A stretch of 64,000 bases of DNA from a virus. Its lineage: Duplodnaviria; Caudoviricetes. Below are positions 44,663 to 58,200 of the stretch, in pieces. Both the position numbers and the translations under genes were made by a program. Under the pieces are notes generated by a model. It searched no databases, was not told the origin of the DNA, and saw only the letters and a list, made by a program, of their open reading frames with translations. The stretch is taken from the IMG/VR virus record IMGVR_UViG_3300043443_000284, positions 439-64,438 of that record. One strand, 5' to 3'. The first letter of the stretch is position 1. Each line of letters begins with the position of its first letter.

Positions 44663-45244
44663 ATGAATACGAATAACTTTGTAGATCTGACTAAGTTCGA
44701 CATTATTGGAGATAGCATTTACGAGATTGAGACTGGCGAATATGCCGGTCCAGTTGATGGATGGTTAGGCGAGGAACTTAAAACAGAAGATGACGTTCTT
44801 TTAGCTTTACAGCGTTTACTAAAGTACGAAACGGAATTAAAAGCAGAACAACTTGCGACGCAATCAATTATTGAGCGTTGTAAAACAATGGTGAAGGATA
44901 AGGAACGTAAAGTTCAATGGCTGCAAGCACGTTATGGTGCACAGATTGCAAATTTTGCTAAGTGCCAACTTACTGGTAAAGCCAAAACATGGAAGTGCCC
45001 ATGGGGTCAGGTGTCATTCCGCACTTCAACTCCAACGCTATCTATTATCGACGAGGAAAAAGCAGCAATGGTAATACCTTTGAATCTTGATGCAATAAAA
45101 CTGGAAACAAAGATATACAAAAGCAAGATCCCAAAAGAGATTCAACTTACACTTGTTGAGCAGTATCCAGAGTTATTTAGCATGACAGAAGCTACTGAAA
45201 ATTTCACAGTTAAAACATTGACAGCAACCGACACCGAGGAGTAA
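44663..45244 (+). CDS. Mu Gam / Gp157-like DNA end-binding protein
   Basis: Coiled coil then KTWKCPWGQVSFR; adjacent to annealase. Confidence 0.7.
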   Translation: MNTNNFVDLTKFDIIGDSIYEIETGEYAGPVDGWLGEELKTEDDVLLALQRLLKYETELKAEQLATQSIIERCKTMVKDKERKVQWLQARYGAQIANFAKCQLTGKAKTWKCPWGQVSFRTSTPTLSIIDEEKAAMVIPLNLDAIKLETKIYKSKIPKEIQLTLVEQYPELFSMTEATENFTVKTLTATDTEE

Positions 45245-45251
45245 GATTGCT

Positions 45252-45325
45252 GTGCTCCGTAACTATATCCCACGGAGCACAACTGCCAAATGGAGGACCA
45301 CGGACATCAACACCGTGGTCCTTTT
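45252..45325 (+). terminator. Double hairpin with terminator-like second stem before replication genes
   Basis: GTGCTCCGT-N11-ACGGAGCAC and GGACCACGG-N9-CCGTGGTCC-TTTT. Confidence 0.6.
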
Positions 45326-45345
45326 GTCTCAAAGAAAGAAAGAGT

Positions 45346-45963
45346 ATGAGCGACGAATTAGTTTATATTGGTAGTATCCCAGACGCGGTAAGCGTTACTG
45401 ATATTGGACTACAGTTTAATCACGATATTGAATACGATCAGTGGTTGCGGTTAATGGCTACCCTACAGCAGTTGACAACAGCATTTCAGTTTGCAATTGG
45501 TGACGCACTTAACTACGGACAAAAACGATACGGTGAGAAGTATGCACAGGCTATGGATGTTACTGGTTGCGCTTATCAAAGTCTTGCTAACTGGAGCTGG
45601 GTTTCTAGCCATGTTCCTATTGATAACCGTGTTGCAGGTCTTAGCTGGACTCACCATAGGTTGGTCGCGAATATGGGAACGGAACAACAAAAACAAATCT
45701 TAGAGTCCGCAAAGGCCAGAGGGGTGTCTGTTACAGAATTTGAAAGAGAATTAAAGGGAGATAAGGAAGAAGAAAAAAAACCACTTAAATCAATCGAGAT
45801 ACCAAGCGGATGGACAGTTGACGATGTCAACAAAGCATTGTCGCTTATTAGTACAACACCAATACCATTACAAGAAGTTTATGACGCAGGACTTACAAAG
45901 CTATCAGAAGATGATGAAGTGCAAAGAGTAAGATACTGCGATCAATGCCCATATAACCAATAG
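45346..45963 (+). CDS. LmbU-like DNA-binding protein
   Basis: QFAIGDALNYG...GEKYAQA...TG..YQSL.N..WV......R...LSWTHH..VA signature; start MSDELV. Confidence 0.7.
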   Translation: MSDELVYIGSIPDAVSVTDIGLQFNHDIEYDQWLRLMATLQQLTTAFQFAIGDALNYGQKRYGEKYAQAMDVTGCAYQSLANWSWVSSHVPIDNRVAGLSWTHHRLVANMGTEQQKQILESAKARGVSVTEFERELKGDKEEEKKPLKSIEIPSGWTVDDVNKALSLISTTPIPLQEVYDAGLTKLSEDDEVQRVRYCDQCPYNQ

Positions 45964-45971
45964 GATTCACA

Positions 45972-46685
45972 ATGATTACCGTGTTTAACGGCAAGTCTTT
46001 TGGCTTGTCCGGTGCGTCGTCGTCTGGATTTGTACAGATAGATAGATTGCTTGTGCATCACATATCTAGTTTTACTCCGTCTGGATTTGTAACATTCATG
46101 GCGTTAGTAATGCATGTAGATAATGAAGGCTATTGCTGGCCAAGCATCAAGCGTTTATGTGAGTGCACTGGTTTATCTGAGACTACAGTGAAGAGTGCAC
46201 TACATCATCTAACGACTATGAAGATCAATGACTGTAGATTGCTTGAGATAAATTCTAGAGTTTCTCCTAATGGGAGAACAACAAGTAATGGATACAAGTT
46301 GTTTCCTGACTCCATGCAGCACAATGAGGATGCAAAAGTTACATCAGTAAAGCAAGAAAAGAAGGAGCTATCAAAGGAAGATGACCCAGCATTCTTTCTA
46401 TACAAAGCATTTAAACGAGCACGATGGGGGATAGTGTCTGAGTCAGCAATTACAGACAAGGAGTGGAAAGGTGTTCGTTTAACAATATGGCAGATGCACA
46501 AGGCTGGAGTCACATCAACTGACATAGAAGAACGAACAAGCATATTGCTTAGCAAATGGAAGAATGCAGAAATGGTTACAGTTCGCTCACTGTGGAAGCA
46601 TTGGGAGACATATGCTCTTCCACAGCCTTTGATTAACGGTTTACCAACAAGTATAGAGGAGTGGTTCAATGACAATGACAGATAA
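45972..46685 (+). CDS. Replication initiator with N-terminal winged HTH
   Basis: G.CWPSIKRLCE.TGLSETTVKSAL..L HTH_36-like; upstream of loader and DnaB. Confidence 0.75.
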   Translation: MITVFNGKSFGLSGASSSGFVQIDRLLVHHISSFTPSGFVTFMALVMHVDNEGYCWPSIKRLCECTGLSETTVKSALHHLTTMKINDCRLLEINSRVSPNGRTTSNGYKLFPDSMQHNEDAKVTSVKQEKKELSKEDDPAFFLYKAFKRARWGIVSESAITDKEWKGVRLTIWQMHKAGVTSTDIEERTSILLSKWKNAEMVTVRSLWKHWETYALPQPLINGLPTSIEEWFNDNDR

Positions 46686-47103
46686 ATTACTAGCGGTTCT
46701 TTCTCAGTTACCTAGTTCCATACAATGGAATGAAACAAGTCAAACCGTATATCGCGTTGCAATAAACGGCTTAACAGATGAAGACATAAAGGGTGGCTGT
46801 CAAAGGATTCTCACCCGATGTAAGTTCAGGCCTACGCCATCAGAGGTTCTTAATTACATTGCTATAGAGAAGTATGGTGATGCCCAACCTCACATGGTTA
46901 CGCATGACATAAGTGAGGGCATAAGGATAGGCACTGATCCAAATAAGCTTCATCCTACTGTTGTGCTTGTGCTGAAGAAGACGGGTGGTTATAGAGCATG
47001 GCGAGTTGAACCACCACTAAAGGGCCAGCAACTACAAGACGTAATCAATGAAGTACACATTGTTAGGTTAACGGAATACATCAATGAGCAAAGAAACAAG
47101 TAG
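46669..47103 (+). CDS. Putative helicase loader (G39P/lambda P-like position)
   Basis: L.D....G...IL..CKFRPTPSEV pattern; between initiator and dnaB. Confidence 0.6.
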   Translation: MTMTDKLLAVLSQLPSSIQWNETSQTVYRVAINGLTDEDIKGGCQRILTRCKFRPTPSEVLNYIAIEKYGDAQPHMVTHDISEGIRIGTDPNKLHPTVVLVLKKTGGYRAWRVEPPLKGQQLQDVINEVHIVRLTEYINEQRNK

Positions 47104-48463
47104 AAGCCTTGGCTTCAATATAGAGATCCCATCGGACGTTATGAGTGAGCAATCACTTATAGCGTCTGTTCTTCTCGGTGGAAAGAAACTATTTAAGAAT
47201 GTCACTCATATAGATAAGAGCATGTTCTACAGGGTCTCACACAGTCTTATATGGGAGGCATATACATCTATTGATGCATCTGGCCAAGACATAGATATCG
47301 TGACCGTGAATGAGGAGTTAACTAAGCGCAACGCACTTGAAGCATGTGGTGGTCTAGGTTACATCATGCAATGCGCAGAACTGTTACCTACGACTTCTAA
47401 CTATGAGAGTTATGTCAAGTTGGTCATTGAGTATCACAGGCGCAGAGAGATTATCTTTGCGTCTGAACACGCTAGTAAGAGAGCGTCGATAGGAGATGAT
47501 GACGTTGAAACAATCTTGAAGGATTTAAATAACTCTGCTACGTTTATCAATTCCGGAAACTCAACAGACGATTTATCTAAATTAATATGGGACACAACCA
47601 ACGAGGCTATACTCAGAGATGAAGACAAGTTGGACTTCTCAATCGGTTCAGGTTACAACGACGTAGACTCAATTACAGGAGGGTGGCGCAATGGAGAACT
47701 AATAATACTAGGTGGCAGACCATCAATGGGTAAGTCTAGTCTTGGATTGCAATATGCATGGAATGCAGCTAGGTTCATGAAGGGCTTAGAGAAAAAGACC
47801 GGAGTACTTATTGTTAGTGCAGAAATGTCAAAGGACATGGTCACTGCACGTATGTTGTCAATCTACAGTGAAGTGGATAGTCAAGTTATACAGACCAAGA
47901 AGCTGAATAACTATCAGAAGGATCAGTTACACAACGTAGCTAGAGAGGCTAAGACACTTCATGTTAGGATTGTCGCAGATAAAACTGTCACCCTTGGAGG
48001 AATACGTGACGCAATTAGAGATACCCAAAAATCATTTGATGTTGGCTTGGTGGTTGTTGATTACTTACAGATGATCGCAATGCCTAGTTCATATAAGTCT
48101 GAGAATAGAACTAGGGATATTGGCGTTATTAGCCGTGGACTGAAAGACATTGCACGTGAGTTTGCATGTCCTGTCATTGCTTTATCTAGTCTTTCTCGTG
48201 CTGTAGAACAGCGACAAGACAAGCGCCCAATGATGTCTGACCTAAGAGAGTCTGGTGATATCGAATCAGACGCAGATGTCATTCAGTTCATCTATCGTGC
48301 TGGTTACTACGATAAGAAACAGGACGGTGATTATGAAGAGGAGTCAGACAAAGCTGAAGTTATAACTGCCAAGAATAGAAATGGACGAACCGGGGTGTCA
48401 CTACTTGAGTTTCAACCCCGGTTTGCAAAGTTTGTAGACTACGGGCTAGATAGTCTTCTTTAG
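47084..48463 (+). CDS. dnaB: Replicative DNA helicase
   Basis: SEQSLIASVL, GGRPSMGKS, SAEMS, VVVDYLQM, LSSLSRAVEQR.DKRP.MSDLRESG.IE.DAD, KNRNG. Confidence 0.97.
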   Translation: MSKETSRSLGFNIEIPSDVMSEQSLIASVLLGGKKLFKNVTHIDKSMFYRVSHSLIWEAYTSIDASGQDIDIVTVNEELTKRNALEACGGLGYIMQCAELLPTTSNYESYVKLVIEYHRRREIIFASEHASKRASIGDDDVETILKDLNNSATFINSGNSTDDLSKLIWDTTNEAILRDEDKLDFSIGSGYNDVDSITGGWRNGELIILGGRPSMGKSSLGLQYAWNAARFMKGLEKKTGVLIVSAEMSKDMVTARMLSIYSEVDSQVIQTKKLNNYQKDQLHNVAREAKTLHVRIVADKTVTLGGIRDAIRDTQKSFDVGLVVVDYLQMIAMPSSYKSENRTRDIGVISRGLKDIAREFACPVIALSSLSRAVEQRQDKRPMMSDLRESGDIESDADVIQFIYRAGYYDKKQDGDYEEESDKAEVITAKNRNGRTGVSLLEFQPRFAKFVDYGLDSLL

Positions 48464-49228
48464 ATAGACTTTCTTTTGGTCACTATTGGCGATGCAATCA
48501 AGATTAAAACTACGAGCAAGATCTCTGATTGCTGCATACGATTTACCATCTCGTAGAATGCATTGAACGGCCAGTGGCTCACCATTGAGTACTGGCCCAT
48601 CTTCCCAAGCCAATACAATATTGTCCCCAGCGACAAGCCGAACAAAGTCACGCACAGGCGCGTATGTCCTTCCGTTCTGCAATAAGGCAACAATGTGGTT
48701 GTCTCCATATACAATCTTCCAATCCTGCCCAGTTTGAATCAATGACCAAGGTCTAATGAATCGAACAATATCCCTATTGCGATTTCCATACAATGATCTA
48801 TGGGCTACTTCATATCCATTGCGACTGCCATCATTGTTGCTGTTTCCCTCAATGGATTTCCAAACACCTTCCTCATCTTTGCCTTCAACAATTCCAATGT
48901 GAAATGCATCTTGTCGTCCATTCTTTAAGGTCTTGACCAAGATAACTAAATCACCAGCCATCGGAGTTGTATGCAATACACCGTGTTTTTTAGCAACAGC
49001 TAACCAGACATCGCAGTCTGCACTAAAACACAATGGCCAATCCAATCCACTTTTGTTTTCCCACTCAGCAGCAATGCCACTTACGAATGATGCGCACCAA
49101 TAACTACCAATAGGCGCATTAACTAATGTGTTCCATCTGTCGATCATTGGTCCACAGTTACTACCTACAGGTTGCTCTAAGACACCGATGTATTTCTGTG
49201 CTGTTGTTATAAAAATACTTGCGCTCAT
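48446..49228 (-). CDS. Endolysin: CHAP peptidase plus C-terminal stalk-like (copper amine oxidase N-terminal-like) domain
   Basis: YWCASFV, FHIGIV, SIEGNS catalytic motifs; NGRTYAPVRD and DGKSYAAIRDL repeats. Confidence 0.85.
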   Translation of the reverse strand: MSASIFITTAQKYIGVLEQPVGSNCGPMIDRWNTLVNAPIGSYWCASFVSGIAAEWENKSGLDWPLCFSADCDVWLAVAKKHGVLHTTPMAGDLVILVKTLKNGRQDAFHIGIVEGKDEEGVWKSIEGNSNNDGSRNGYEVAHRSLYGNRNRDIVRFIRPWSLIQTGQDWKIVYGDNHIVALLQNGRTYAPVRDFVRLVAGDNIVLAWEDGPVLNGEPLAVQCILRDGKSYAAIRDLARSFNLDCIANSDQKKVYLKKTI

Positions 49229-52200
49229 TTATCCATCTTCTCCCGACCTCTACGATACATATCGCTCATTTGCTCTAGAGTCATCTCAGGTATTGTCACC
49301 TTGCCCTTTTTCTCCTTCATGGATTCCCTTAAACGTTCACTGCGTTCAGTAGATGAATCAATCACAGCCTGTGTAGGTAATCCGGGTCTTCTTACTGGCT
49401 GCTTACTTTCCCATCCATCTCCACCAATATCTCCACTACCGGGTATACCCTCAAAGAGACTCCATAATCCGTACTGGCTAATCATGTCAAACATGTTTGG
49501 ATAATCGTATTGCTGAGTCTTCATCTCGTTAGACAACTCACCTATGGTTATGCCTCCAGATTTCAAACTTGGAATCTGCTTTTGAATCATAACGTTAGAA
49601 TAGTTATTTTCTACACCAAACATACGACCCGCCATTGAAAGTCCGACGTTGTACTGTGCATTTGGTTGATATTCCATAAGCTCAATATCTTGCATTAACT
49701 TTTGAATTGGCAAAATCTCTTGCTCAATAGCAAACCTACTGGCACCACGAGGATACATCTTCTGCAGTCTAAAAAGATCTAAAGAATAAATACCAGCACG
49801 CTGTAAGTAGTAATTTGGATTCTGTAAGAACCGATAGAACCCCGGATGCTGTTGATAAAGAGCTGTGTTGTTAAACGTACGTCCAGTCATCTGATTCCAT
49901 GCGCCAGAATACATAGCGTTAACACGGCTTGTGACTTCGGTTCTAAGTATCGTTTCAGCTATAGCTCGAGCAGGACTTTCGCCATCGTTAATTTTTTGCT
50001 GAACGTAATCAAGTGGGGCCAGTACAAATCTATGTAGTCCCATAATGATAGGAGGTGCCTGAACCTGCATGTTACCTAAAGTAATAACTTTTCCAAATTT
50101 AGATGACTTCAGTAACTCTTGCTGCTCTACACCAGCATTCATTTCATCCATTAACTGTGCAATTTTTGCAACTTCATACCACTCAGTTGGTTTACCCTGC
50201 GCAGCCAGAAGCGCACGCTCTTGAATATTTGTTTGCATTGCTGCAAATAACCATCCAAGTGCAGCAACCTGCCCAAACGCAGCAGCCTTTCGTTGCAGGT
50301 CAAATAGCGCTGGAGTCTTAGAAGTAATCCCTCCCGGCGTCGTAAACGTACTGATTGCCCGAATGTAGTTATGGTAAGCGCCTACATTTAATGTGTTGTA
50401 CTCCGCACCATTAAATACTTTTCTCCAAACAGGACGTAACAGTGAGTTGATTCCATGTGCTAATCCAAGCTCAATCATCATTGGCAAGTATGTAACTGCC
50501 TTTAATGACTTACCCCAGTTAGGAGCAGTATAAACAGATGCTAACTTGTATCCTAAATCTCTAGCAACAGGATGGACGTTAGGGTCTTCACCAACTGGCG
50601 TTCCGGATATCGTGTTGATAATACGCGCAAATTCTCGCTTAGATCTTTCAGCTTCGTAATAAGCAGACTTTTCACTTGATGCACCAGAACGTAAGTAGTC
50701 AAATATACGCCTATCAATAACACGCGATATCTCTAGGAATTGCTTGATGCGTAAAATGTCAGTAGACATAACACCACCGCGCTCCATCATTCCAACAAAT
50801 GGAATAACTCTCTGCGCTAAAACGCCAGTACCCAAGTTCTCTGCACCTGTTAACTGTATAGGGGTGTCATACAGTGTCATCAAAGGATTCTGTGCTTGAG
50901 CAGCAGCTGCTGTTTCGTACCATTCTCCATAGGTTGTTGCTAAGCCCATGTTGTTTAAGTCTTCAATGGTATATGACTGGTGTTTATTAGCTTCCCTGTC
51001 GTAGAACCCACCAACTGTAGCCCTATGAATACCGGGGATGCCATATCCAATAACACTACCCTTGCGTCCATACTTGTCAAACAAACCTGAAATAATTTTG
51101 TGATACTGCATGTCTCCGAGTGCAACATTTTTATGATGTCCAAACATCTTGCCTAGAACACCAGCACTGTGGTTACTGCCATGCGGGAACCAAAGATTTG
51201 GGAACATGCCCAACAATCCATAGAACTGCATTGCTGTGTTCTTTGGGTTCATGGCTGTAAGCATGAAGTTCTGAATCATAGGTCTGGCAAAGTCTCGGCT
51301 TAACCGCTTTGCTGTTTCTAAACCACTTAACTCAGTCCATCCGTTTAATACAGTTCTCCAGAATGGTGCGTCTTTAGGTAGCGTGTTTAACGGCATTGAC
51401 GCTCCACCGTTTTCAGGAACCTCACTTAAAAGCGTTGTGACTGATGGGTCGGAACTAAACAGTACATTCAACGTCTCAGTAAACTTACTACTTGGAATAG
51501 TGACATGAACATCACTACCATCTACTGCAATACCAACTTGATCGTTATCTGTGTGACGCTTGAATACAATGTTCTTTGGTTCACCTATGTCATTCATCTT
51601 CTCTTGAATGAGTTCATATCTTTGTTGCTTCCATTCATTAGCGAGGCGTTGGTCATTGTCGGCTAATGGAGGCTGCTCTGGTAGATTGCGGAGTAAATCC
51701 ATCTCGTAATCGCTGAATGGTTTTCCGCTCTCAGATGGTAATTCACCTGAAGACAACCACGTGCCTTTACGTGAATTATTTACAAGCACTGACTGAAGTA
51801 CGTCGTACGTCTCATCGCCGACATTAGCAATAGCCTTCTTAATGCGGAAGTTATCCTTCATTCCATCCTTCCATGCTTGTGGTATAGATTGAGGATTCTC
51901 TCGTTGCGCCCTAGCAACAAGCATCTTGGCTACGTAAATCTCTGGCTGAATAATTGATGTCTTACGAATGCGTTCAATCGCACTGTAGTTATCTGGTGTT
52001 GCACTATCAAAATATCGTTGCGTAGCAAGCCACATCAATTTAGACGGACTCTGACGCATCACTCTTTGATTATTGACATACGTCATGTCTTCTGGGCCAT
52101 CACCTGAAATATGGTAACCAGAGTATGGATTAACGATTTTGTCTACGGAAAAATGAATGCCAGTTTTAGCAGCAGTCTTTGGATTCTCCTTATTAATCCT

Positions 52201-55200
52201 ATAGAAATACATGCCGTCTGGTGCATTAGGATTAGTCACATCCTTTGTGCGCATAATGACAATGCCACTTTTACTAATCCTGTACTGTTCCTGCTCAATG
52301 GGTGTCATTGAATTGACTAGCATGTCTTCCTGTTGAATAGGCATGCCAATCTTCTTGCCATCCTGATCACGTTCTGCAACTTGCGCTACAAATGGAACCT
52401 CTGCATCAGGGTTAAATAATGGATATCGACTACTATGAACATCTGCCTTAAATACATGGCCAGCTCGCAAGTGGTCAACACCGATGTTTTGTACGTGGTT
52501 CTTATGGAAATCCACCTGCATCATTCGTCCAGATGGATCCATAATGCGAACCTTTCCATTATCAGCAAATGCAGAAGATGGTAAAGAGTATTGATTCCAC
52601 TTGTACTTAGCCGTGTTGATTTGCCGTTCTTGTAAATCAAGAATGTGGCTAGTAGCCATTGCAAGCTGCATTGCACGTTCGCGTTCATTTGAATCAGGAC
52701 TTGCAAGACGTTGCATAAATTCCCATTTACCAACAACGTTATCTCGTCCAAAGATTACGTCAGTTACACGATTTAGGACATAACCGGCACTATTAGTCTG
52801 GTATGCATCCAATGGCATTGATAAGTTTTGATTCAGTTCAATACCTTTAATCATCTCGGATATGGTGGTGTAACCCATGAATGGATCACTTGTACCGACG
52901 CCGGATGCTTGCATTACTGACTGTAGTAACGGAACAACATCTGTGACTGCGCCGTTGTACATTGCGTCAGTTGTCAACTGAAATTGTTCATCAACATCAG
53001 CGTTGAATGTTGAAATGAAATCACTAACCCGATCCTGTAATGCAACTTTATTTGATCGTGCCTCGCCACGAGTTAATGGCCGTGGGTTAACAGCATTGTA
53101 AATATCCATATACAACGCTTCGATGCCTTGATCAATAAAGTCACTGACTCCCTCTGGTGCAACGTTAGCCTTAATTGCCTTATTCCGTAAAGCATCAGTC
53201 ACCTTCTGGTGAAATCCGCGCAACGCTTCGTAGTCTGGCATTCCGGGGCGCATTTCAAAAGCTGATCCCTCAGCATTTAATTCACCAAATCTAAAACTAC
53301 GTAGAGAGTTCCTAAATAATCGCTGACTGTCAATGTATTTAGCTAATGGGTTGACAGCGAATTGGTTTAGGTCATCAATGAACATTGCACCTTCTTCAGT
53401 GTATGTACCATCTGTACCTATTAATCTCTTTGCACGCATAAGACCAAGCAACTCGTTTTCAAAACTTGATCTACCTGTAGTCATGTTTGCATACATGTCT
53501 ACACCAGCTGCTCTAACATCCTTGCCTTGGTCAGACCAGTATGCGGCGATTCTGTCTTTAGGGTCTACCCCTTGACGCATATCTGTACGGAAATCTTCTG
53601 GAGTGCCTGTGACAATATGCTTCTCAAACTTTAACTGGTCTTGGTATGAGTGATAATTAGACACAGCGCGAGTCACAGTGTCAATTTTTCTGTTTAAGTC
53701 ATACAACACAGCAGAGAATTTAGGATTGTAATCACCTGTAAATCCAAGTAGTTGAGGATTGTATTCTGAATTTGTTAAAGAATCAGCTGAAACAATCCAT
53801 CGTGCATTGGTTTGATAACTACTTGATGTACCCTTGCGGTTTGGTTCATACATCGTGACTTCAACTGGTGCTTCTAATACAAAGTAACTATCAACTGCGG
53901 GGACAGTCGTGTAGCCATCAGCAGTTTTTTCCAAACGCGATTTAAAGAAACCGCTATCATGTACGCCATCGTTGTCCTTCATGCTTGCAAATGAGAATGT
54001 CTTTCCTCCCATTTGATATGCAAAGATAGTCGGCTGTTGGTCGGTTCCAGCAGTCTTTAAAACAACTTGATCTACAATGCGACCATTAAATCTTTGTCCC
54101 CAGATAGTTCGATCCGTATTCATTTCGGTACGGTCTCTGCCAATAGGGTTTACATAAAACGCAACTTTACGACCCTTGGCTAAGCGACCTGCAATATCAG
54201 ACAGTGCTCTTTCATTGTCAATTGGAGCATTAACCTGATGTGTCACTGTCTGCCCATCAAGTGTGAAAGTTGCTTTAGATTTAAAACCAAACTTATGAGT
54301 AGTACTATTTGTGGCAACTCCGGTGGTAGTCCACATAGTCAATAAGTCAGGCAAGTTGAACATGTCATGTCGTGAAGTTGTTAACTTAGTTTCATTTGGG
54401 ATGACTAAGCGGACATAATCTCCCTGCCGTACCTGTGGATAATCAATACCGCGCCCACGCCCAGTGGTGTATTTAGCAACTGGAACATTAGATGCCCATG
54501 ACCTGTATGGCTTTCCATTACGAATCACAATGTCAGGTTGGTTAGCCCTAGACAATTGATGCCACATACTTCTGATTGGGCCAGCAACCTGTTGAAAGAT
54601 TGCAGCAGCATCCGTGTCCATTGCGGAAGATGCATCCATTGATGTTGGCTCGCTAAAGTCAGTAATGAAATTCTGTAAAGCAGTGGCAAATAATTCGTGG
54701 CCACTGTTGTACCAGTCAGACTGCATTACAGAGATGCGCTCATCTGACATTCCTTCTTTACGCCAGAACTCAACAACGGAAGGGTCACGCCACATATCCT
54801 GTAAGCCAACTCCGCGTTTACCCGGGTTAGCAGCATCATAAATGTCGATAGCCTTTAACTGTAATACGACAGGATACAAAGGGTTTGTTTTAGCAGTGGC
54901 ATCTGCGATGTCGTCAAATTGTGGGACTAGTGACCTTAAGAACTTAACTTGATTGGTGTCATCAAGCGCAGTAAACAAACTGTGAGTCATTTCGTGGAAT
55001 AAAGTATCAGCAGTACGTGGGCCATTAGCGTCCGAGCTAAGCATCATTAATCTTTGCGTTGCTAAGAATGCTCCATGTACTAACTTCCCGCCTTGTGCTG
55101 TTATCATCTGCGCATTAGATTTAGACATCAAGTCACTTGATGTCATCATTAACTTGCCAGCATGTAAGTAGTAATTAACGCGACCCTTAGCAATTAAGTA

Positions 55201-58200
55201 CGTTGCTAACGCAGTTTGTTGCTCATTGGTCATGAATTGCCGTGCTACCTCACCACGAGTCAATCCACGCTCTTGACCTTCAGATAATATCTGGTCAAGC
55301 GAACCTGCTTTTCCCTTAAAGTAATTTACTACCCGTGTGTCAACACCAACCTTAACCATCGCGTCAGCAACAATTGCTCTATGCTCAGGCAAAGATGATG
55401 TAAGCAACATTGCATACTGTTGTTTTCCGTAACCATATGCAAAGTTGTCATATGTCTTTGCTAATCCAGCAGATAGCTCACGTGCTGCTCCAATGAATTG
55501 CCTGTCCCGCTCAACCTTCGCAGCCTTTTCTTGGTACTGGCTACGTTGTAAATAAATATTTTTGATGCGCTCTATTGATTCCTGAGTCGTTCGACCATAA
55601 CGATCCATATCTATCTTGGAATACATCTTGTAAAGCTGCTCTGCTGTTGCAGGTGTCATTGCAGCTAGACCATCTGCTGTAGGTTCAGAAAGGATAGATG
55701 GTAAGTTTTTCGGATGCAAGAACGATACATAGTATTCACTATTGATATCGGACGACAGTGCAGATATTGCGGTGGCAATTTGATATGGAGTATCTACATA
55801 ACCGTCTGCATGCGAATACGTTGTCCCCAATAAATCTGGCTTATTGAAGACATCTAAGACAGCCGTCTCTGAAAAAGCCATGATCATTTGAGCACGAATG
55901 TCTGGGTCAATACGCGCTTTATCAATTGTTCGTGCGACTGTATTAGATAGATCTGCTACTAGTGTATTAACATCGCTATATGCACTTGCATTCGCAAGTA
56001 TGGCATCAATCTCAGGGAGGATGTTATTTAATGATCGACGTGCTCCTGATGGGACTTCAAGACTCTTAATAAGTTGCTCTGTAGCCAATCGCAATCGAGG
56101 TGCCCACAATGTTTGAGCGGTATTAACTAAGTGGTCGTTGTCAAAAAATGATTGTTCTCCCAGCGCACCAGTTCGCTGAGGTTTATACGCACCATTAGAC
56201 ATAACGCCACGTTGCGTGTTTACCGATTCTCCAAGGTCCGCGACGGCTTCGTCAGTAGATTCAAAATCAAACTGGCGTAGTAACAATGACTCAAGTAGCG
56301 TACGCATGCCTTCATAGTTACGCGCATGTAATGAATATAACTTCACGCGCTTCGAGTCTGGAATAGTAGATGTTGCCATACCGTCAAATGCAACATCATC
56401 TACGAGGTCACTTTCCATTGCCTGAATACTAATGACTGGCGTTGGATCAAGGAATGCAGCCATATCTAAATCAATGGCATCGCGATCAAACATTAAATCC
56501 GCTTCACCAATAGTTGGATCAGCACTGAGTGCGTCATGATTCAAATCATCGATTGAACGCAAGTGCTCACTGATTTCTTTGCGCCCATTAAGAGCATTCA
56601 TCGTTAACCCAGTAAGCGTAATTGTTCCAGCTTCAATGTCTTCCGTTATTTCAATAGGCGCACTTGCTTGTCGCAATGCTTGGACATCGTCACTGATATT
56701 ACGAGTACGACTATATTCACGAGACACATCGCTAAGAACGTTGTTCTTAATCTGAGTAATCTTTTGTGGCCCAGTGAAAATATCCTTAGAAATAAGGCCT
56801 AGCATTTCAGCTGACATATTTCCAATGATTGTTAAGCTGTCAGCCATAGATGCCGGGTCAGACAAATCAATGATATTTGGCAACTCAGCGGAAACATACT
56901 CATTGAATGCGGTTAATGCGTCTGAAAAAGGAGTGATTGTGTTTGTCTTATTAGTAGTAGTAGCTAATGTATCTCCTTCAATTCGCTTAATTAAATTATC
57001 GTAATACTTAGATACGCCTAATTGAAACTGCTCAGACTTACCAGATTGCACAGCCTGTTTTAAAGCAGCTTCCTTCTCTTGATTTAGTTTCTTCTTGTAA
57101 GCCTCAAGTTCTTTTGGAGCTAAATCTGATAACTGTTGAGCAGATGACTGAGCTACATCAGCCACACCCTCTTCTGATGCTTGTTTAACAACACGCGCAC
57201 CACTTCTACTACCAGCTAAATCAAACGTCCCAAATGACTCAGTATAAATACTTCCAGAAGCAAAGTAGTCATTCTGGTAGTCATCAAATGCATTACGTAA
57301 AACGTCATAAACAGACCTAAGTTCTGTAGTATCAACTTTAAGTATTGATTCATAGGTGTCTACAAGATCGCCTACTACATCTAACACTTTGATTAATGAG
57401 CGATATGCAGAATTAAATGCCTGTTGTTTTGCACCAGCTAACTCACTAGATAACCGATTAACTTCAGCATCATTCTTTGCGGTTAATGCCTGATTTAACT
57501 GATCCTGTATAGTACGCACGCCATAGTGGTCTTCCCACCGTGCAACATGGCTTGTTAATTGTGGTGCATCTTCAAATGTAAAGTGACCAAGCGCTCGTGC
57601 TAACTGAGTTACAGCAAAACCAGACCGTAATTTTTCGTATGCAGATCGTCGTGCAAGTTCAGTAATGTCGTAACTAGCCATAGTTTCGTTACGAGCAACA
57701 GTAGCAAGAGTCGGATCATTCTCAAAATCGGCAGCCATATCTTCTTGGATTTTGGCAACATCATCTTCACTTAACGCCTGATCAATAATCATTTGCGCAG
57801 CGCGGTCAATTGTCTGTTGATATTGAACCAATCCCAAATCATTAGCAGAGCCGTCGCTTAGTAATGTGTACTCGACGTTACCAGTAATGTTAGATGGTCT
57901 GTAGGCAGAAATATTAGCAAGTTGCTCAGGACTCATATCCTGAATTTGCCCACGTAAATTATTCAATGCCGTCAATAAATCTGTTTTGGCTTGTGTGTCA
58001 ATAAGTTCAGAGTTTGCAACACTGCGAACGATATCTTCACCAAACCTTGCAATGACTTGAATAAACGACACTTGGTTAGTCTGATGGACTGTTGACTCAT
58101 CAACATAACCCATGAAGTCACCAGAGCTAATGTCAGATTCAATTGCTTTTAAAACAATCGTAGGGATGGCTTCATTCGATACGTATGTATTTAACTTACG

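Noticed and set aside
45972-46685. Iteron-type replication origin inside the initiator gene
   Set aside because: Expected by analogy with lambdoid O genes, but I could not see convincing direct repeats.
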